This document shows, piece by piece, positions 1 through 5,385 of a stretch of 5,385 nucleotides of DNA. How positions within the stretch are numbered: the first letter of the stretch is position 1; each line of letters starts with the position of its first letter. Source of the DNA: Selaginella moellendorffii. Lineage: Eukaryota > Plantae > Lycopodiophyta. Under the pieces are notes generated by a model. The model did no database searches. It was not told the DNA's origin and saw only the letters and a list, made by a program, of their open reading frames with translations. Both the position numbers and the translations under genes were made by a program. The stretch spans positions 1 to 5,385 of the forward strand of contig NW_003314729.1 of NCBI RefSeq assembly GCF_000143415.4, read 5' to 3'.

Positions 1-52
1 AAAAAACAAAATCGAATAGGTAAAAGAAACGAACTACCGGCCATCATCTTCC

Positions 53-330
53 GGGCATGGACTCAAGACGCGCTTGGCTCGTGAAGCTGTGGTTGGATTG
101 TAGGCTGGAGTGTCGATTCCCGCTGGGATCCTGCGGTCCAGTGTCGCTCGACAGAGGGATTCCATCCGTGGTCTCGAATGCGTCCAGAGCACGAGGGATT
201 CTTCGCCAGGTGACGCCCAAGATCCAAGCGTTCCAGGCAACTACATTCTCGCCTCAACCAGGCAGCCAGACATGCCCATCAAGCTGCAAGGAACGTAGAG
301 ATCACTGTGCTGCTTGGCTCTCTGCGAGGC
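53..330 (-). pseudogene. Heavily degraded PLS-class PPR gene remnant
   Basis: The minus strand gives PPR-like peptides in shifting frames: MSGCLVEAR (cf. KCGxLxEAR), ENVVAWNAWILG (250-215; cf. NVVSWNAMI), GEESLVLW, and AKRV(F)ESMP (78-53, needs a 1-nt indel). There is no continuous frame. Confidence 0.6.
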
Positions 331-831
331 TTGCGCTCCTTGATTCCCTCCACTCGGGCACAATGGAGCTTGTTCCTGGAAGCCATTCTAGTCTTGCTCG
401 CTTGCCTGAGCCCAGCAGCGCCTTCCATGGTTAGCACGCTTATGGAACAATATCCTTGTGGAGCGGATCAACGCTGCCTTTGTGCCCGTGCTCGCAGTGC
501 ACAAAGGGCTCGAGTTTTAGTTCCATCTCGATAAACAATAAGTTTGTTTTCCAGGTGATTAGATTTAAACAATAGGCAGCGCAAAACTTTTGAGAAGAGA
601 AAGCTGTTCTCTCTCCCAAGTCTTAGAATTTTCTCTCCCGGATCGACGACGCTGTCGAGAGAATCTGGAGCACAGCAGCGATTCTCGCAGTTTGAAACGA
701 AAAAGTCGTGAAACTCGTCACGATATCTCAATAGCTTCTTGTTCTTGCTCAAGTTCCTCGAAAAACTCTTCGAGCGCTCTCTCGTCTCCTGCCCGAGTAG
801 CAAGGCCGATGGCACGGGTCCATAGCCACCA

Positions 832-1107
832 GGCAGCGTACGTGTTGGCCAGAAGCATGCACGACTGCGTCTTCTTGTCTGGAGCGAAATGGTTGATGTA
901 GTTTGTCACCCGCAGTGCTCGAGCGATGTCGCTGTGCGTTTTGCAGGCACTCGGCTCGAACGGCATGTTGCAAATCATATCCTCGGCGATTTCCAAACGC
1001 CCCGCTCTTCCCAGAACGTCGAGGAAGCAACCATAGCACTCGTTTGCAAAGCTAACTCCATAGTCCCCTATTATACAAAGAAAGCCAAACCAGTCAGTCA
1101 GCCCCAC
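832..1107 (-). pseudogene. PLS-class PPR protein C-terminal fragment (last PPR motifs plus E domain)
   Basis: The translation GDYGV..ECYGCFLDVLGRAGRLEIAEDMICNMPFEP-SACKTHSDIARA...P....CMLLANTYA matches the canonical HYxCxVDxLGRAGxLxxAxxxIxxMPxxP / ACxxH / YVLLSNxYA pattern. The conserved DxxxWxxLL between EP and SAC is deleted, there is no ATG start, and no upstream PPR array is present. Confidence 0.9.
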
Positions 1108-1160
1108 ACCATCGCCACCGCGTCCTGCTCGCTCAGATCCATTGACAAGCTTAGCTCCCT

Positions 1161-1510
1161 AGCACTGAGCTTGAGCTTGCAAACTTCCTGCTCCAGCTTG
1201 TGTATCTCGTCCCTGTGAGCCCGCAAGTCCGCCTCGGACTTCCTCTGTATCCTTTCCACTCTTTGCTTGGCCGCCGCTTCGGCTTTCTCCCTGGCTAGTT
1301 TCTCGGCCTCCAAACGCAAGAGTGCCTCGTCTTTGGCCTTCTTGTCTTGCCTGCTCCTACCCTGTGTAGTGTTCATGGAAGTTAACACATGAATGCGAGG
1401 GAAGTATATGCGTACCTCGGCTTGGTGCTGGGACTCTTGTATTTCTGATGTATATGGTCAATCCACCTGTCGCGCAAACAGGTTTGCAGCTCTTTTCTCT
1501 CTTTACACTG
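1161..1510 (-). pseudogene. Fragment of an RF298/RF4/PIR/MND1-interacting protein 1-type RING E3 ligase (coiled-coil exons), intron at 1415-1362
   Basis: The spliced reading EIQESQHQAE|GRSRQDKKAKDEALLRLEAEKLAREKAEAAAKQRVERIQRKSEADLRAHRDEIHKLEQEVCKLKLSA resembles the recalled family segment E|ARWxQExKAKEE...KxExDxQxxKDDIxxLExExxxL. VKREKSC (1506-1486) lies upstream in another frame. No RING domain follows. Confidence 0.75.
1362..1415 (-). other. 54-nt GT-AG intron (phase 0) in the E3 ligase fragment
   Basis: The minus strand reads GAG|gtacgc...gttaac...acacag|GGT, and splicing joins two homologous peptides in frame. Confidence 0.75.
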
Positions 1511-1674
1511 CCTTTGTGTCCTTTCACTGCTCTTTTGATCCCTTTGACAGAGTGCCAACTCCGACATCCAGGTGACGGCGTCCTTGAATTGGACCCCCTG
1601 GAAGAGCGGCAGACGCCTTGGGAGCCTTCCACAAGATGGAAGATTGAGATGTTTTCTCGTGGAACATTGCGACG

Positions 1675-1975
1675 GCGGCATTTGCCCGATGCGAGAAGCG
1701 GTGGCACTCATGCTTCTTCATTCAACGCCTCAGATCCACGCGGTATTCGTCGCCGCTGGCCTAAGATAATGAGCTCGCATTTGCCCCACTGGTCTCCCAC
1801 GAGGTTCTGCCAGCCAGCTCCTGCAAGCTTTCGCCCAGGATCTTGGGAAGCTGAAAGCTGAGGCACACAAGCAAGTACCGCAGAATCTCCATCGCCACAG
1901 TGCTGCTCAACGTCTACGGCAAGCTCACGCCACGATCAGCAGCCGCACTTTCCATACATTTCCATGACGAGATTA
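1675..1975 (+). pseudogene. Degraded PPR remnant on the plus strand
   Basis: Peptides in different frames: HLPDAR, QIHAVFVAAGL (1731-1763; cf. IHAxIxxxGL), IATVLLNVYGK (1891-1923; cf. VxTALxNMYGKCG) and TFHTFP*RD (1947-1973; cf. VFDxMPxRD). Confidence 0.65.
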
Positions 1976-2174
1976 GCGAGGCCGCTGGAGACGATTTCCT
2001 CCCAGAGATCTGTGCTCACCGACCGCATCCTTGACAAGGCGTCCGCTCCTCATTCCTGCAAATCGGAAGGATAACTTACACACAAGCAATCGAGATTTAT
2101 TCTTTCCTTTGCGTGATCTTATGCGTGAAAGACTTTCCCTTCGAAACTCCTGTGCAATGGAGCAAGCACCAAAG

Positions 2175-2227
2175 GTGTGTTAGAGGGAAACCAAAATCAA
2201 CGTTTTCTGGTGATCTTCTCATTCCAG
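2175..2227 (+). other. 53-nt GT-AG intron in the AsnRS remnant
   Basis: CAA AG|gtgtgt...cattccag|G TAT restores HQR-YLAE (cf. EHERYLTE). Confidence 0.85.
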
Positions 2228-2338
2228 GTATCTCGCAGAGCAGCTCTTCCAAGGGCCCGTCGTTGTATGCGACTATCAAAACGCGTTTCATAGCGATGAT
2301 GGCCAGATGGCGGCATGCTAGTGCGCGAGGCGGGAAAA

Positions 2339-2417
2339 GGCTCCCTCCCACAAGCTCGCCGACCTGGAAGAAAAACACGACTTTCAAGAGCTCTGGCTTT
2401 GATTCTCCTGGGGAGCC
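2339..2417. repeat. 7-bp inverted repeats (ggctccc 2339-2345 / gggagcc 2411-2417) flanking a 65-bp microinversion
   Basis: Reverse-complementing 2346-2410 restores the acceptor tttttcttccag and the in-frame GTC GGC GAG CTT GTG GGA GGG AGC CAG (VGELVGGSQ). Confidence 0.85.
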
Positions 2418-2427
2418 AGATGCAAAG

Positions 2428-2492
2428 GTATGGGGATTTGAGAGTTTCGTAAGACCTCCGGGCCACTGAAATGGTGTGCTTGATTCTTGCAG
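2428..2492 (+). other. 65-nt GT-AG intron in the AsnRS remnant
   Basis: AAAG|gtatgg...ttcttgcag|G lies between the GSQ-containing exon and the YEWY/motif 3 exon. Confidence 0.8.
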
Positions 2493-2723
2493 GCTCGTAT
2501 GTAGAAGAACTACATACGAGTGGTACTGGATTGGCGACGATGGGATCGTGAAGCACTCTGGATTCGGGCTGGGATTTGAGAGGATGAGTAGAGAACATCG
2601 GGGATGTGATATTTCCTGGAAAGGCCAATCAATGGATCACAACGTTGACAAGAGTATATGCTGATAAGTCACCGTCACGAAAGCTGTCACAGGAATATTC
2701 TTTAGGAGATTTTCCTCATGGTA

Positions 2724-3521
2724 TTAATCGAAAAAGTTTATCGCCTCCACAAGGCTCTGAACACTCATGGCCTTTACTTTGGCCAAGGCGTTGGCGTCAG
2801 CAGCCAAGGAATTACTGTTGAGTTTAGCGGTGAAGCTGGTGATGGTTATGGTGGCTTCCCAGGTGGTGATCTTCCCCGCCTTCTTTGTCATGGTGGCGTC
2901 CGCCCAATACATATTTAACTCCGGGTTTGTGGCTGGCGACCTGAAGGAGAAGAGCGTGTACAGCGCCCGAACACTAGTGTTGTCCTCGACGTGCGCAAAC
3001 GTAGGGACGTGCAGCAGCGCCTTTTGCAAAGTCTTGGTAATCTGGTTAGCGGTCTCAGTGTCGTGGGTGCGCTGCAGGTAGTCGCTGACGTCTTTCCAGA
3101 TCGTGTCGCAGCTGCCAGACATGTCCTCGCTGGCCGCTGCCGTGAGGTAAACATACTGCGGGAATGTGGTGACAAGCACTGTCAGAAACTGCTGGAAATG
3201 CTTGGCCTGTTGGCTGGCCTCGGCGGGATCGGTGATGAGCTTTGGAGAGTAGTGGGCGAGTTGCATTCCAACAGCCGTAAAAGTTGCCAAGGCGTGGACA
3301 TGGAACTTTGGTAGCTTGTAAACCTCGGCATTTGCTCCAGGAAGAGGCGGGGCGTTCACAGCAATAGCTACAGGAATGTAGACATCTACATCAGTGGCCA
3401 CATGAGCGTCAACATGCAGGAATCGTGCTCGAGAGACCGCCTTGGAGTTGGAGCTCACGTTCCTGAACACCTCTAAAGCGTGATTGAACTCATTGTTATT
3501 CATCAGCAATGGCAGCGCCAT
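2724..3521 (-). CDS. Intact intronless 265-aa protein, putative Evf-like (Cyt-fold) lipid-binding or insecticidal protein
   Basis: This is the longest ORF. The first in-frame ATG is at 3521 (ttcATGG; the track's 3563 start is TTG) and TAA is at 2726-2724, with a TATA box and pyrimidine-rich leader upstream. Confidence that it is coding is high. The family call rests on length and a recalled pattern (N-terminal NxxFNxxLExF helix, central FxxFLxxLxTxP helix, C-terminal alternating beta strands around the KKAGK turn, terminal helix) and is only moderate, about 0.5. Confidence 0.8.
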   Translation of the reverse strand: MALPLLMNNNEFNHALEVFRNVSSNSKAVSRARFLHVDAHVATDVDVYIPVAIAVNAPPLPGANAEVYKLPKFHVHALATFTAVGMQLAHYSPKLITDPAEASQQAKHFQQFLTVLVTTFPQYVYLTAAASEDMSGSCDTIWKDVSDYLQRTHDTETANQITKTLQKALLHVPTFAHVEDNTSVRALYTLFSFRSPATNPELNMYWADATMTKKAGKITTWEATITITSFTAKLNSNSLAADANALAKVKAMSVQSLVEAINFFD

Positions 3522-3602
3522 GAATATAAAAGCGGGATAAAGAGCAGAGTGATCTAGAGACAACGAGAAAGGAGCGGATGTTCAGATGGGTAGTCATTCC
3601 AG

Positions 3603-3611
3603 CTTTATATA
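3603..3611 (-). promoter_or_regulatory. TATA box of the 265-aa gene
   Basis: TATATAAAG on the minus strand about 82-90 nt upstream of the ATG, followed by a CT-rich leader (ctcctttctcgttgtctctagatcactctgctctttatccc). Confidence 0.7.
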
Positions 3612-3908
3612 CCACCAAGAGCTTGAGCATGCAAAAAACGATGTCAATTGCAATGAATGATCAAGGACATGGGGCCATCTTGAAGTTCCAAGGAATGACA
3701 GTGAAATATCACTTTCTTAATAGAATGCTATACTTTTTGAGATTGCAAGATCATAGCTAGAACTATACATCAGCCTACGTACCCTTGCAAAAAAAACATA
3801 TCATAAATCATCAAGGACATGGCCCCAATATGGAATGACTGTGAAATATCACTTTTTTGACAGTTATGCTATAGCAATGTTGAGATTGCAAGATCATAGC
3901 TGGTCCAG

Positions 3909-4013
3909 CATGACATTTTTTTGTTTTGCAAGGGTACGTATGTCGTCAAGAGCTGGAATGACCCATTGCAATTGACAAGTAAGTATATACCCTTGCAAAA
4001 AAAAAATGTCATG
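3909..4013. repeat. Fold-back inverted repeat, copy 1
   Basis: catgacatttttttgttttgcaagggta (3909-3936) pairs with tacccttgcaaaaaaaaaatgtcatg (3988-4013). There is an inner stem gtcaa/ttgac (3945-3949/3972-3976) and a 22-nt loop. Confidence 0.9.
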
Positions 4014-4208
4014 AATGATAAGGGACATGGTTTATATATAGGGCTTTAATTTCGACAACCTACTTGACAAAAGAGCCTTTAGTGGCTATTTTATCTTTAT
4101 TTATCCCCCAAGGTTTTAATGATCCATGATGATAGTATATTTAAATATTATCTTATGATCACATGCGCTACATTAAAGATTGACAATGTAATATACAGCA
4201 TGCTATAC

Positions 4209-4797
4209 TTGTTGAGATTGCAAGGTCATAGCTACCAACCTATATACCCTTGCAAAAAACATTGTTATAAATTATCAAGGACATGTGGGCCCCAATCTTG
4301 AAACGAACAAGCGAGCAAACCTTATGCCAACCTCCCAACCCTTAAGGCGTTACAGCCTTATATCCCACAAGCCATAGAATATTTTAAAAATAATCCTATG
4401 GTTTCATGTCAAATCTTGCTTGGCATAACCAATACACCCTTAGCCCTCACAGAAATCATTAATTATGGCATTGGACCAGACAAGGGCTAGAAATGTACAC
4501 CATCCAGCATGACATTTTTTTTTTTGCAAAGGCTTTTTGCAAGGGTATGCACGTCCTCAAGAACTGGATGCAATTGACAAGTATGTACATACCCTAGCAA
4601 AATAAAAATAAAAATAAAAAATTGTGAATGGTCAAGGACATGGGTGGTCCCCAATTTTGACAACCTCAAGAGGTCAAATTCAGCTTCATTGTTGAGATTG
4701 CAAGATCATAGCTACCAACCTACATACCCTTGCAAAAAACATTGTCATAAATTATTAAGGACATGGGCGTAGAGCTGCTACAAGTGGGCCCCAATCT
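4209..4797 (+). repeat. Direct repeat pair 4209-4298 / 4689-4797
   Basis: 77 bp (4209-4285 vs 4689-4765, offset 480) with 4 mismatches, all transitions. The match continues as tgggccccaatct after a 19-bp indel (4766-4784). Confidence 0.95.
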
Positions 4798-4945
4798 CAC
4801 TTATAGGAAATGATGGTGAAACATCACTTTCTTATCACTTTAGGGTGTCCTGACAAATATTAATGGTTGCCTCTGGCATAATTAATTATTTCTAAATCAT
4901 TAATTATGGCATCTAGGTCCAGACAAGGGCTAGAACTGTACACCA
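4453..4945 (+). repeat. Direct repeat pair 4453-4502 / 4894-4945, each preceding a hairpin module
   Basis: aaatcattaattatggcat..gg.ccagacaagggctagaa.tgtacacca is present twice. Confidence 0.9.
4508..4630. repeat. Fold-back inverted repeat, copy 2
   Basis: ttttgcaagggtatgcac pairs with gtacataccctagcaaaa. The left arm has a local tttttgcaa duplication and the right arm has an (AAAAAT)3 expansion. Confidence 0.8.
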
Positions 4946-4957
4946 ACCTATGTGGTC

Positions 4958-5050
4958 CATCTTTTTATTTTTTGCAAGGGTACGTACGTCGTCAATAGCT
5001 GGAATGACCGCTCTGCCCTTGACGAGTACATGCAAAACAAATGTGTCATG
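4958..5050. repeat. Fold-back inverted repeat, copy 3
   Basis: ttttgca...gtac.tcgtcaa [loop tagctggaatgaccgctctgccc] ttgacga gtac.tgcaaaa; the right arm has lost the ccct part of the core. Confidence 0.75.
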
Positions 5051-5385
5051 AATGATCAAGGACATGAGCTTAAAGAATGACGGTGCATGCTATAAGCATG
5101 CCTAGAGTATACCAATGCAATTTTGTTTTCAGTCTCTGCAAATGGACTCACTTTTATTATGCAGCACAGATCTGGCTGTTGATAATGTCACATGTTCAAA
5201 GTTGACATACTACCAAATTCTGAGCTCCAGCTATAAAGATCCCAGTGATCCATCACGGTTAACACCAAGGCCTGTTATTTGATCTCCTTTCACGTCCAGC
5301 AATTGTGTGTTCAGTCTTTCTTTCCCCTCTCAAACCTTATTCTCACAAGTGTGCTTCTGCAGGTAGATCTTGAACAATTCCCTCT

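Larger units (their letters stand above)
2125..2629 (+). pseudogene. asnS: Asparaginyl-tRNA synthetase (class IIb, plant SYNC-like) 3' exons, pseudogenised
   Basis: Ordered peptides VKDFPFETPVQW..HQR|YLAEQLFQGPVVVCDY..AF..DDG..AA, MLV, [VGELVG, inverted]GSQ, R|..YEWY, GIVKHSGFGLGFERM (motif 3; KHS...ERM at 2551-2586) and VENIGDVIFPGKAN (cf. ENIRDVIPFPRxPG). The segment carries many small deletions, frameshifts and an inversion. Confidence 0.9.
3586..5066. repeat. Modular, degenerate AT-rich repeat array (about three higher-order units of roughly 450-500 bp)
   Basis: a(a/g)ggacatg occurs 7 times (3663, 3813, 4021, 4277, 4634, 4757, 5058). gagattgcaagRtcatagct occurs 4 times (3739, 3882, 4214, 4694). 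tacccttgcaaaa is forward at 3780, 3988, 4245, 4590 (variant) and 4725, and reversed at 3924, 4535 and 4970. gtgaaaYatcacttt is at 3701, 3841 and 4816. Confidence 0.95.

Noticed and set aside
468-815. 115-aa minus ORF and 103-aa plus ORF in the same area
   Set aside because: No family was recognised. This may be another captured fragment, but I cannot support that.
1555-1610. FQGVQFKDAVTWMS on the minus strand as a further PPR remnant
   Set aside because: It resembles FxxMxxxDxVxW, but it is a single short match and too weak to call.
2113-2664. ORFs 2113-2469, 2476-2664, 2197-2628 and 2097-2387 as genes
   Set aside because: They read through introns or lie antisense to the AsnRS pseudogene. 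The VGELVGGS in the minus ORF is explained by the microinversion.
2718-3314. Plus-strand and alternative-frame ORFs (2718-2918, 2767-3081, 2991-3314, 2915-3175)
   Set aside because: These are shadow ORFs of the real minus-strand gene and have no recognisable motifs.
3522-3563. 14-aa N-terminal extension of the 279-aa ORF
   Set aside because: It starts at TTG. In a eukaryotic context this pyrimidine-rich stretch is better read as 5' UTR, with the first ATG at 3521.
3578-4669. 60-aa ORFs at 3578-3760, 4119-4301 and 4487-4669, the first two sharing MLYxLRLQxHS
   Set aside because: The shared peptide is just the translated DNA repeat, and the region is AT-rich with homopolymer runs and indels between copies.
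3751-4935. CTAG motifs (gctagaa) as Helitron 3' ends
   Set aside because: No GC-rich 16-20 nt hairpin is visible about 10-12 nt upstream of any of them.
3655-5066. CRISPR array or integron attC-like array
   Set aside because: The repeats are degenerate, of several types, in both orientations and irregularly spaced. There is no cas or integrase gene, and the context is eukaryotic.
5130-5385. Possible exon fragments (acceptor-like ttttcag, tgcag and ctgcag; minus-strand RELFKIYLQKH)
   Set aside because: The frames are short and stop-interrupted, cut by the window edge, and show no confident homology.

Overview
This is eukaryotic, plant-like genomic DNA. The 53-65 nt spliceosomal introns and scattered PLS-class PPR fragments suggest a Selaginella-type lycophyte (inference). 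The window has three parts. (1) 1-2630 is a mosaic of decayed fragments of unrelated host genes on both strands: several PPR remnants, a two-exon piece of an RF298/MIP1-type RING E3 ligase coiled coil, and the 3' exons of an asparaginyl-tRNA synthetase disrupted by a 65-bp microinversion. (2) 2724-3521 (-) is the only intact gene: intronless, 265 aa, with a TATA box, and resembling the Evf/Cyt-fold lipid-binding insect virulence factor family. It is a candidate horizontally acquired defence protein. (3) About 3586-5066 is an AT-rich modular repeat array directly upstream of that gene, with three fold-back hairpins whose loop sequence reappears inverted in the gene's core promoter. All family assignments come from motif recognition by eye and none were searched.
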